From Coprobacillaceae bacterium (lineage in GTDB: Bacteria; Bacillota_I; Bacilli_A; Erysipelotrichales; Coprobacillaceae), in the NCBI GenBank assembly GCA_963675515.1, contig OY776328.1, positions 510,001-542,000 of the forward strand: 32,000 nucleotides of DNA, written 5' to 3'. The notes under the pieces were generated by a model. The model had not been told where the DNA came from. It saw only the letters and a program-made list of their open reading frames with translations, and ran no database searches. The first letter of the stretch is position 1; every line of letters starts with the position of its first letter. This document shows, in pieces, positions 12,204 to 20,152 of this stretch. A program made the translations under genes and the position numbers.

Positions 12204-13115
12204 ATGGAATATACAAAAATCGGTGATTTGAAAGTTTCAAACCTGTCCCTTGGCTGCATGCGGATCGGCAACAAGAGCGTAGAGGAAGTATATAAAATGA
12301 TACTGGCGGCGCTTGATGCGGGCATCAATCTGTTCGACCACGCGGATATCTATTACGGTGGAAAAAGCGAAGAGGTGTTCGGGAAAGTCCTGGCAAGCCA
12401 TCCGGATTTGCGGGAAAAGGTTGTGATCCAGACAAAATGCGGAATTGTTCCAGGTATCTGTTTCGACCTGTCCAAGGAACATATCCTCAAAAGCGTCGAA
12501 GGGTCTTTGAAAAGATTGAATGTCGACTGCATTGACATTTTCCTGCTTCACCGCATGGATCCGTTGATGGATATCAACGGGGTCAAAGAGGCTTTCAACG
12601 AGCTTAAGGCAAGCAAAAAGGTAAAACATTTCGGACTTTCGAACGCCACACCTTCACAGTTCGAATTGCTTTCAAGCGTCCTTGATGTTCCACTGGTGGT
12701 TAATCAGATGGAGTTTTCTCCGGCCCACACCGGAATGATCGATCAGGGGATCTATACGAACACCAAAAACCCGATGGCGCTCAACGCCGATGGCAACATG
12801 CTCGACTACGCGATGTTGAATAACATCTCGATCCAGGCCTGGTCTCCGATCCGGGAATCGCTGGCTCATGACACATTCCTGGACAACGATGAATATCAGC
12901 CTTTGAATGAAGTTCTCGATGAACTGGCGCTAAAATACAAGGTGTCAAAAGGGGCAATTGTCGTTGCCTGGATCAAGAGACACCCGGCAAAAATCACAAC
13001 CATTATCGGGACGACCAATCCGGCACGCATCGACGAGATGGCTGCGGGAATGGCGGTTGATCTCACCAGGGCTGAGTGGTATGCGATCTACACCTGGGAC
13101 AAGAAGCTTCCGTAG
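12204..13115 (+). CDS. Aldo/keto reductase family oxidoreductase
   Basis: 303 aa. N-terminus ...LSLGCMRIG...INLFDHADIYYGGKSEE..., then HRMD and GLSN motifs typical of the AKR fold. AGAGGAG RBS. Confidence 0.9.
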   Translation: MEYTKIGDLKVSNLSLGCMRIGNKSVEEVYKMILAALDAGINLFDHADIYYGGKSEEVFGKVLASHPDLREKVVIQTKCGIVPGICFDLSKEHILKSVEGSLKRLNVDCIDIFLLHRMDPLMDINGVKEAFNELKASKKVKHFGLSNATPSQFELLSSVLDVPLVVNQMEFSPAHTGMIDQGIYTNTKNPMALNADGNMLDYAMLNNISIQAWSPIRESLAHDTFLDNDEYQPLNEVLDELALKYKVSKGAIVVAWIKRHPAKITTIIGTTNPARIDEMAAGMAVDLTRAEWYAIYTWDKKLP

Positions 13116-13130
13116 GATTGCCATATTCGA

Positions 13131-13157
13131 AAAGTCGGACTCCGGTCCGGCTTTTTT
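13131..13157 (+). terminator. Intrinsic terminator after the AKR gene
   Basis: AAAGTCGGAC, loop TCCG, GTCCGGCTTT (10 bp including one G-U), followed by a T-run. Confidence 0.75.
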
Positions 13158-13235
13158 GCAATCCCTTCCATGAAAAAACAGCGTGCAACCACATCAAAAA
13201 TATAGTATAATGACCTCAATTTAGAGGTGACAACA

Positions 13236-13595
13236 ATGAAGATATTAAAACAAATCGCAGTCGTTTTTTTCATATGCCTGCTGGGGGAAGTGATTGCCCA
13301 GCTGATCCCGGTGAACTTTCCTGCAAGTGTGCTTTCCATGGTGCTTTTGTTGGTGGGGCTATTGGCGAAGGTCATCAGGATTGAACATATCCAGGATAAG
13401 GCGAACTTCCTGCTGGACAATATGGCGTTTTTTTTCATACCGGCGGGGGTGAGCATTATCGAGAATTTCAACTACCTGAAAAATTCCCTGCTTCCATTCG
13501 TCCTGGTCTGTTTCATATCCATGATTGTTACGTTTGTCGCAACAGCATACAGCGTGACTCTGGCGATGCGCTTTTTAGGAGGCAAAAATGATTGA
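13236..13595 (+). CDS. lrgA: CidA/LrgA family membrane protein
   Basis: About 120 aa with four hydrophobic segments. ATG at 13236 lies 8 nt after AGAGG. Its end overlaps the lrgB start. Confidence 0.85.
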   Translation: MKILKQIAVVFFICLLGEVIAQLIPVNFPASVLSMVLLLVGLLAKVIRIEHIQDKANFLLDNMAFFFIPAGVSIIENFNYLKNSLLPFVLVCFISMIVTFVATAYSVTLAMRFLGGKND

Positions 13596-14274
13596 TCTTA
13601 CAGCTATCTACGCTTCACCGTTTTTCTCGATAACAATAAGTATCGGGGCCTATGTGATCGGACATCTGGTTTACCAGAAGGTCAAAAGTCCGATTGCCAA
13701 TCCATTGCTTATCGCAATCATACTGGTAATAGCACTTTTGAAGGTGCTTGCCATCCCGTTCGATGTTTATCGCAATGGCGGGGATTTCATCTCCCTGTTT
13801 CTGGCTCCGGCAACAACAGCCCTGGCTTTGACGATCTATTCGAAAATAGCCATCCTGAAAAAGAACATCATCCCGGTGCTGGTCGGAAGCGCAGTCGGAT
13901 CACTGGTATCGATGATCTGCGTCTATCTTCTTTGCCGGCTGTTCAATCTTGATGCGACCCTGACAGCTTCACTGCTTCCAAAGTCGGTGACAACCCCGAT
14001 TGCGATGGGGATATCCACTACGCTTGGCGGGGTGGCTCCGGTCACCGTGGCCGCTGTGGTCATGACGGGGATCATGGGGTCGGTGTTCGCACCGCTGATG
14101 ATCAGGATTTTCAAAGTCACCAATCCGGTGGCGGTTGGCTTGGCGATAGGTGCCTGCTCCCATGCGGTCGGAACCTCGAGAGCCTTGCAGATCGGCGAGC
14201 TTGAGGGGGCCATGAGTGGTGTCGCCATAGGCGTCTGCGGTCTGATGACCGTCATCTTCGCAATGTTCATATAG
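13588..14274 (+). CDS. lrgB: LrgB family membrane protein
   Basis: 228 aa polytopic protein. ...LLPKSVTTPIAMGIS...GACSHAVGTSRAL is typical of LrgB/CidB. Confidence 0.9.
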   Translation: MIDLTAIYASPFFSITISIGAYVIGHLVYQKVKSPIANPLLIAIILVIALLKVLAIPFDVYRNGGDFISLFLAPATTALALTIYSKIAILKKNIIPVLVGSAVGSLVSMICVYLLCRLFNLDATLTASLLPKSVTTPIAMGISTTLGGVAPVTVAAVVMTGIMGSVFAPLMIRIFKVTNPVAVGLAIGACSHAVGTSRALQIGELEGAMSGVAIGVCGLMTVIFAMFI

Positions 14275-14317
14275 ATCCGGCGTTAAATTCTTGAAGGACT
14301 TTTTGGAGGAAATTAGG

Positions 14318-16117
14318 ATGCAGAAAAAATATTTGCGTTTGTTGAAAAAACAGTTTGCTTCCAAGCAGGCGATATATACGGAACTGATAAACCTTGAGGC
14401 GATTTTGAACCTGCCCAAACCTACCGAACATTACCTTTCGGATCTTCATGGTGAGTTCGGGGCGTTCAATCATATCCTCAACAATTGTTCGGGAGTTATC
14501 AGGGACAAGATCGATCTTTACTTCCCGGAAATCCCGATGGCCAGACGCCAGGATCTGGCTACGCTGATCTATTATCCGGTTGCCAAACTTGACACCATGG
14601 ATCTAAGCGACGAGGAATATTTCGATATCCTGACGACCCTGATTGTGTTCGTCAAAAACATATCGTCGAAATACACCCGTTCCAAAGTCAAAAAGGCTCT
14701 GCCAAGCGAATACGCCTATATCATCGACGAGTTGCTCCACATGGTGGAGGACGAAGACAACAACCAGAAGAAATACCATCTGGAGATCATCAATACGATA
14801 ATAAGATACCAGAACTCAGACCAGTTCATCATCGCCCTTTGCGACCTTATCAAGGTCCTGGCGGTGGACAAGATCCATATTCTCGGTGACATCTTCGACC
14901 GGGGCAGCCAGCCCCATCGCATAATCGATGCCCTGATCGACTACCACAAGGTGGATATCCAGTGGGGCAACCATGATGTGCTGTGGATGGGCGCGAAAAT
15001 GGGCAATGAGGCCTGCATCCTCAATGTGGTCCGCAACTGCCTGCGCTATGGCAACCCGGACATCCTTGAGAGGGTTTACGGTATTCCCTTGCGTGATCTT
15101 GAAAACTATGCCTACAGCCTCAACTACCAGGACACGCTTGAAGGAATGAACGTCATCATCAACAGGATGGTCATCAAGGGGGAGGCTCAGCTGATCTTGA
15201 AGCATCCCGAGTATTCCAATGAACAGCGCCATCTAGGCTACAAGATGAAATGTTACCAGGATAGGATCAAGGCAGAATATCAAGACCTGAAGGTCGCCTA
15301 TGACAAGAAGGAAGCGGCAATTCTTGAAAACCTGAAAGAGGCATTTCTGGATTCCAAGGAACTCAAACGCCATATCGACTTTCTTTTCGAGGTTGGCTCG
15401 ATGTACAAGATCGCAAACAACAATCTCCTGATCCATGGCTGCATCCCGACCAATGAAAACGGCAAATTCGCCTATTTCGAGGCCGATGGCAAAAAATATG
15501 CGGGAAAAGCCTTGCTCGACTATTTCGAACAGATGGCCCGAACGGGTTACTACCAGAACAATCCCGCAGGGATCGACATGATGTGGTATCTGTGGTGTGG
15601 CTACTATTCACCGCTTTATGGACGCCACAACAAGCTTTTCGAGCGGATCTGCGTCGATGATCCGACCACCCATTTTGAAAAACGCAACCACTACTATGAC
15701 TTTGTCGAAGACGAGACCTATCTGGAAAGGGTGTTCGAAGAGTTTGACCTCAGCGCGGATTTCCCTCACATAATAAACGGCCACACTCCGGTGCTTGTGA
15801 AAAAAGGGGAGCAGCCAATCAAGGCCAATGGCAAGGTCATAATCATCGACGGGGGTCTTTCCCAGGCCTACCAGAAAGCCACCGGCATTGCCGGCTACAC
15901 CCTGATCTATACGTCGCATATGATGAAGATAAAGTCACATTCGCCATTTCTAGGCATCGAGGATGCCATAAAGAACAACGGCGACATAACCTCGCAGACC
16001 GATTTCACCCTGTCAAGGACGAACCGGATCTTCATCGCCGATACCGACGACGGCCTGGCTATCAAGGAAAAAATAACCGACTTGCAGCTGTTGCTTAAGT
16101 ACTATCATTTGCTGTAG
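14318..16117 (+). CDS. fbp: Fructose-1,6-bisphosphatase, class 3
   Basis: LINLEAILNLPKPTEHYLSDLHGEF, GDIFDRG and WGNHD metallophosphoesterase motifs, collinear with Bacillus Fbp (YydE). ATG at 14318 follows GGAGGA. The track TTG at 14291 is less likely. Confidence 0.92.
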   Translation: MQKKYLRLLKKQFASKQAIYTELINLEAILNLPKPTEHYLSDLHGEFGAFNHILNNCSGVIRDKIDLYFPEIPMARRQDLATLIYYPVAKLDTMDLSDEEYFDILTTLIVFVKNISSKYTRSKVKKALPSEYAYIIDELLHMVEDEDNNQKKYHLEIINTIIRYQNSDQFIIALCDLIKVLAVDKIHILGDIFDRGSQPHRIIDALIDYHKVDIQWGNHDVLWMGAKMGNEACILNVVRNCLRYGNPDILERVYGIPLRDLENYAYSLNYQDTLEGMNVIINRMVIKGEAQLILKHPEYSNEQRHLGYKMKCYQDRIKAEYQDLKVAYDKKEAAILENLKEAFLDSKELKRHIDFLFEVGSMYKIANNNLLIHGCIPTNENGKFAYFEADGKKYAGKALLDYFEQMARTGYYQNNPAGIDMMWYLWCGYYSPLYGRHNKLFERICVDDPTTHFEKRNHYYDFVEDETYLERVFEEFDLSADFPHIINGHTPVLVKKGEQPIKANGKVIIIDGGLSQAYQKATGIAGYTLIYTSHMMKIKSHSPFLGIEDAIKNNGDITSQTDFTLSRTNRIFIADTDDGLAIKEKITDLQLLLKYYHLL

Positions 16118-16143
16118 ACAACCTCCCTGTGAGGTTGTTTTTA
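16118..16143 (+). terminator. Intrinsic terminator after fbp
   Basis: ACAACCTC, loop CCTGT, GAGGTTGT, then TTTTTA. Confidence 0.75.
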
Positions 16144-16150
16144 ATATCAC

Positions 16151-16178
16151 TTGCATTATCGAAAGAAAATGTTATAAT
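16151..16178 (+). promoter_or_regulatory. Promoter of the MarR-type regulator (and probably lon)
   Basis: TTGCAT (16151-16156), 16 nt, TGt-TATAAT (hexamer at 16173-16178). Confidence 0.55.
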
Positions 16179-16196
16179 GGTTAGGTAGAATCTAAC
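16176..16196 (+). promoter_or_regulatory. Operator-like motif copy 1: AATGGTTAGGTA-N4-CTAAC
   Basis: Overlaps the -10 box. GTTAG and CTAAC form an inverted repeat. The first 12 nt are identical to 16648-16659. Confidence 0.4.
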
Positions 16197-16217
16197 TAAA
16201 AGCGATGGAGGTAAATT

Positions 16218-16631
16218 ATGAGTAACAAGGATAAGTTGATCATCGCCTACGCTCACTTGATGGAACTTCAGGGCAGCTGCTGTTATGAGACTATGAATAA
16301 TCTGAACATTTCCGATCTGACAATCAAGCAGATCGAATACATCACCAGGATGGACAAGATTGAGTATCTGACGACTTCTTCCCTTGCCAGGGAACTGAAT
16401 CTTTCGAAGCCGACAGTCACGGAGATGGTGAAAAAGTTTATCTACATGGATTGTGTCTACAAGGTTCAATGCTCAAAGGACAAACGGGTAAGCTACCTCC
16501 ACTTGACGGCGAAAGGGAAAACCATAGCCAATATCGAGCGGGTGAAGATGGAAAAGTTGATTGAGCTGATGGTCGAAAGTCTCGAGGACGATGACATCGA
16601 AGCATTGGTGAGAATATTGAATAAGATCTGA
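16218..16631 (+). CDS. MarR-type winged-helix transcriptional regulator
   Basis: 137 aa. ...LTIKQIEYITRMDKIEYLTTSSLARELNLSKPTVTEMVKKFIYMDCVYKVQCSKDKRVSYLHLTAKG follows the MarR HTH-wing pattern. GGAGG RBS. Confidence 0.8.
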   Translation: MSNKDKLIIAYAHLMELQGSCCYETMNNLNISDLTIKQIEYITRMDKIEYLTTSSLARELNLSKPTVTEMVKKFIYMDCVYKVQCSKDKRVSYLHLTAKGKTIANIERVKMEKLIELMVESLEDDDIEALVRILNKI

Positions 16632-16647
16632 GAATCTTATTTACGGA

Positions 16648-16672
16648 AATGGTTAGGTAAAGCAAAACTAAC
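16648..16672 (+). promoter_or_regulatory. Operator-like motif copy 2: AATGGTTAGGTA-N8-CTAAC, in the lon leader
   Basis: 12/12 identity with copy 1 plus the same CTAAC arm. Lies 18 nt upstream of the lon ATG. It is preceded by the weak hairpin ATAAGAT-CTGAGA-ATCTTAT (16621-16640), which spans the regulator's stop codon. Confidence 0.4.
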
Positions 16673-16689
16673 AACAGGAGGAATAAGTT

Positions 16690-19044
16690 ATGAAGGCATT
16701 GCAACTACTCAGCATCCCGAACCGGGTTTTGCTGGTGAACGAGAAAACAAAAATTGGTTTGAGTGAGTCTGCTGATGAGTTATTCTATGACAAGTTAGTG
16801 AAAAACAATAATTTTGCGCTGGTGTTCGGGGTCAAGACCAACCGGGACCAACCTTTGGGACACCCTCAGGATAATTACTATAGAATCGGTACGATGGTGC
16901 AACTGTCAAACAGGAAACTGGTCGATGACCGTTACCAATACGATGTGAAGGCTTTGGGCAAGGTCAAACTCGGCGAGTTTGGCGGCGCTGGCGAGGCTTT
17001 CTACGAACTTATCGAGGATGTTGATGATCTAAGCGATAGCGATGACACCCAGATCAAGAAATACATCAAGGATACCCTGAATGAATTGGCAGGCAAGATC
17101 CAAGGAGCCAAACCGTTTTTGGACTACCTGGAAAAACTTGACAACATCACCGATGTCATGCTGGCGACCATGCCTTATCTAAGTCTGCGTTACGATGAAA
17201 AACAGGGATTCCTTGAGTTGACATCGAAACGCTACCAGGCGCTTAAATTCATCGACATCTTGCTTGAATACAAGGAGAACGTTAAATTCCAACTGGAACT
17301 GACTGCGAAGTTCAATGAAGATGTCAACGAACAATACCGCAAGCAGATGCTAAAACGTCAGCTTGAGACAATCAAGAGCGAACTCAACGAGGAAGAACCT
17401 GAGGAACAAAAGGACTATCTGGGTCTGATCGAACAGTCAAACATGCCAGGTGACGTCAAGAAAGCGGCATTAAAGGAAGCCAGAAGGCTAGAACGCCAAG
17501 GCGAACAGTCGGCTGAAGCCAATGTGATTGTCACCTATCTTGACACCTTGCTTGAACTGCCTTGGGGAACCCCTTCGACCAACGATGTGAGCATCAAGGA
17601 CACCAAAGCGGTGCTGGACGATGACCATTACGGTCTTGAAAAGGTTAAACAGCGGATCATCGAGCATCTTACAGTTCTCAAGCTAAAACAGAACAAACAA
17701 GGTTCGATCGTGCTTCTTGCAGGCCCGCCGGGTACCGGTAAAACATCGATCGGCCGTTCGATCGCAAAAGCCCTGGGGCGCGAATACGTCAGGGTTTCAC
17801 TTGGCGGCGTCCATGACGAAGCCGAGATCCGCGGCCATCGCCGGACATATATCGGCGCGATGCCAGGCAAGATCATCGCCGGCATGAAAAAGGCGCAGAC
17901 GACCAATCCGGTCTTCATTCTTGACGAGATCGACAAACTGTCTCAGTCAGCCCACGGGGATCCGACCAGCGCGATGCTCGAGGTACTCGATCCGGAACAA
18001 AACAGCACCTTCCAGGATCATTATCTTGAAGTCGAGTATGACCTTTCAAATGTATTCTTCATCGCCACTGCCAACAACATCGGGAACATTCCCGGACCGT
18101 TGCTTGACAGGATGGAAATCATCGAACTTTCATCATACACTTCTCAGGAGAAATTCGAGATTGCCAGACGCCACCTGGTACCAGAAGTACTGGGGGACCA
18201 TGGCTTGAATGAACAACAGGTAATCATCGAGGATGACGCTCTTAGAACAATCATCGACGACTATACTGTCGAAGCCGGGGTCCGTAATCTCAAACGGCAA
18301 ATCGAGAAGGTTGTCCGTTCGTTGGCGGTGCAGATCGTCGAAAGTCCCGAAAACCTGCCTCTTACAATAGGCAAGGACCAGCTTGGTGAAATAATGGGTC
18401 ACCGTTTGAACCGCCATGATCTGGCTACCCGTCATAACCCTCCAGGGGTGGTGACCGGTATGGCCTGGACGCCAGTAGGCGGGGACATCCTCTATATCGA
18501 AGGTGCCCTGATGCTGGGTAGCGGCCGGATGAATCTGACCGGGCAGCTTGGCGATGTTATGCAGGAATCCGCCCAGATCGCCTATTCGCTTGTCCGTTCC
18601 CGGCTGGTGTTCAATTCCCAGTCAATCAACCTGAAGGATTACGACATGCATATCCACGTGCCATCAGGATCGATCAAGAAAGATGGTCCAAGTGCCGGGG
18701 TGACCATGTTCACGGCAATGGCTTCATTGATCACGGGTATCCCGGTTGATGGCCAGCTGGCAATGACCGGGGAGATCTCGCTTAGAGGTTCCGTGCTTCC
18801 GGTAGGGGGAATCAAGGAAAAAGTCATCGCGGCCCACCGCAGCGGCATCAAGAAGATATTGCTGCCTATGGACAATCAGGATGATGTCAAGGATATTCCC
18901 CAATCAGTACGGGATGATCTGGAAATCGATTTTGTCGAGACCATTGAGGATGTCTTGAAACACACCCTGAACATCTACCTGCCGCGACCTGGATATCAGC
19001 TGATGCTTGAAAAGCAGGACATCCGCTTCATTGGTGAAGGATAG
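16690..19044 (+). CDS. lon: ATP-dependent Lon protease (LonA type)
   Basis: 784 aa with a LON N-domain, Walker A GPPGTGKTS, Walker B VFILDEIDK, and the proteolytic serine in KKDGPSAGV. Confidence 0.95.
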   Translation: MKALQLLSIPNRVLLVNEKTKIGLSESADELFYDKLVKNNNFALVFGVKTNRDQPLGHPQDNYYRIGTMVQLSNRKLVDDRYQYDVKALGKVKLGEFGGAGEAFYELIEDVDDLSDSDDTQIKKYIKDTLNELAGKIQGAKPFLDYLEKLDNITDVMLATMPYLSLRYDEKQGFLELTSKRYQALKFIDILLEYKENVKFQLELTAKFNEDVNEQYRKQMLKRQLETIKSELNEEEPEEQKDYLGLIEQSNMPGDVKKAALKEARRLERQGEQSAEANVIVTYLDTLLELPWGTPSTNDVSIKDTKAVLDDDHYGLEKVKQRIIEHLTVLKLKQNKQGSIVLLAGPPGTGKTSIGRSIAKALGREYVRVSLGGVHDEAEIRGHRRTYIGAMPGKIIAGMKKAQTTNPVFILDEIDKLSQSAHGDPTSAMLEVLDPEQNSTFQDHYLEVEYDLSNVFFIATANNIGNIPGPLLDRMEIIELSSYTSQEKFEIARRHLVPEVLGDHGLNEQQVIIEDDALRTIIDDYTVEAGVRNLKRQIEKVVRSLAVQIVESPENLPLTIGKDQLGEIMGHRLNRHDLATRHNPPGVVTGMAWTPVGGDILYIEGALMLGSGRMNLTGQLGDVMQESAQIAYSLVRSRLVFNSQSINLKDYDMHIHVPSGSIKKDGPSAGVTMFTAMASLITGIPVDGQLAMTGEISLRGSVLPVGGIKEKVIAAHRSGIKKILLPMDNQDDVKDIPQSVRDDLEIDFVETIEDVLKHTLNIYLPRPGYQLMLEKQDIRFIGEG

Positions 19045-19052
19045 TGAAAAAT

Positions 19053-19079
19053 AAGAGCCCAAAGGCTCTTGTTTTTTTT
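19053..19079 (+). terminator. lon intrinsic terminator
   Basis: AAGAGCC, loop CAAA, GGCTCTT, then G plus eight Ts. Confidence 0.85.
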
Positions 19080-19088
19080 GGCAAATGG

Positions 19089-19116
19089 TTGTAAAATCGT
19101 AAAAATTATGTATAAT
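19089..19116 (+). promoter_or_regulatory. Distal promoter-like element (P1) upstream of speD
   Basis: TTGTAA (19089-19094), 16 nt, TATAAT (19111-19116). Confidence 0.4.
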
Positions 19117-19237
19117 GATATTGCAAAACAACGGGATTGGTTTGGCTGCTGTTTTAAATGCGTAGCCGGCATGAAAATCGTGAAGTAATTTGTGCGGGGC
19201 GACTCATAAGGTCAAAGCGGTGCTGGTTTCGATACGA

Positions 19238-19266
19238 TTGACAAAAGTTCCCAATAATGTTATATT
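19238..19266 (+). promoter_or_regulatory. Proximal promoter (P2) of the polyamine operon
   Basis: TTGACA (19238-19243), 17 nt, TGt-TATATT (hexamer at 19261-19266). This is a near-consensus extended -10 promoter. Confidence 0.6.
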
Positions 19267-19301
19267 TAAACGAGAAGATAGAGTTATCAATAATAGTATT
19301 C

Positions 19302-19325
19302 AAAGGCACATTTTTTTGCCTTTTT
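19302..19325 (+). terminator. Leader hairpin 1 (weak, A/U-rich, terminator-like)
   Basis: AAAGGCA (19302-19308), 8-nt loop, TGCCTTT (19317-19323), then TT. Confidence 0.35.
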
Positions 19326-19337
19326 GCGGCTACTAAA

Positions 19338-19372
19338 AGGATGCGATGGGTCATACCCTCCATCCTATTTTT
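19338..19372 (+). terminator. Leader hairpin 2 (terminator/attenuator-like), about 20 nt before the speD start
   Basis: AGGATG (19338-19343) pairs with CATCCT (19361-19366), and inner GGGT pairs with ACCC. About 12 bp in total with two bulges, followed by TATTTTT. The speD RBS follows directly. Confidence 0.45.
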
Positions 19373-19392
19373 AATGTTAGGAGTTAGGGTTG

Positions 19393-20148
19393 ATGGATAA
19401 AATGAAGTTATATGGATTTAATAATCTGACCAAATCGTTGAGTTTCAATATTTTCGACGTTTGTTACGCCAAAACCAAGCAGGAACAGGAAGAATATATC
19501 GAGTATATCGACGAACAATACAATTCGGAACGGTTGACGCAGATTCTTGTCAATGTCACGGAGATGATCGGGGCGACTGTATTGAACATCGCCAAGCAGG
19601 ATTACGAGCCTCAGGGCTCATCCGTAACCATTCTGATAGCCGAAGAATCGCAGGTCAATTCGGAGACAATAGTGGCCCATCTCGACAAATCCCATGTGAC
19701 TGTCCATACGTACCCTGAAGCCCACCCTGACAATGCGATTTCCACTTTCCGGGTGGATATCGATGTGGCGACTTGCGGCAAGATCACACCACTTTCGGTA
19801 CTGGATTATTTGATTGATTCCTTCGATTCCGATATAATTACATTAGATTACAAGGTCCGAGGCTTCACGCGAGACATTTTCGGTGACAAGCATTATATGG
19901 ATCACAAGATGTCTTCGATCCAGGATTACATTGAAGACCGCACCCTTGAAAAATACAATGCGATCGATGTCAACGTCTACCAGTACAACATTTTCCATAC
20001 CAGACTGATGTTGAAGGACCTTGATATAAACAATTATCTTTTCAAACATGACGTTGATTCCCTTGATGAAGACTTAAAGGAACAGATTGAAGCTAAACTT
20101 AAGCTGGAGATGACCGAAATTTTCAGTGGATATAATTTTGGAGGATAG
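19393..20148 (+). CDS. speD: S-adenosylmethionine decarboxylase proenzyme, E. coli (long) type
   Basis: [27 protein letters not shown]... is collinear with E. coli SpeD ([18 protein letters not shown]...). The self-cleavage region [16 protein letters not shown] is conserved. GGAG lies 9 nt upstream of ATG 19393. Confidence 0.9.
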   Translation: MDKMKLYGFNNLTKSLSFNIFDVCYAKTKQEQEEYIEYIDEQYNSERLTQILVNVTEMIGATVLNIAKQDYEPQGSSVTILIAEESQVNSETIVAHLDKSHVTVHTYPEAHPDNAISTFRVDIDVATCGKITPLSVLDYLIDSFDSDIITLDYKVRGFTRDIFGDKHYMDHKMSSIQDYIEDRTLEKYNAIDVNVYQYNIFHTRLMLKDLDINNYLFKHDVDSLDEDLKEQIEAKLKLEMTEIFSGYNFGG

Positions 20149-20152
20149 ATTA

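Noticed and set aside
19154-19363. 69-aa minus-strand ORF in the speD leader. Small plus-strand ORFs lie at 19158-19241 (27 aa, MRSRHENREV...) and 19341-19400 (19 aa, spanning hairpin 2).
   Set aside because: None has a plausible Shine-Dalgarno sequence at proper spacing, and the minus ORF runs through two promoter-like elements. A leader-peptide attenuation model is attractive but is not supported by the sequence alone.
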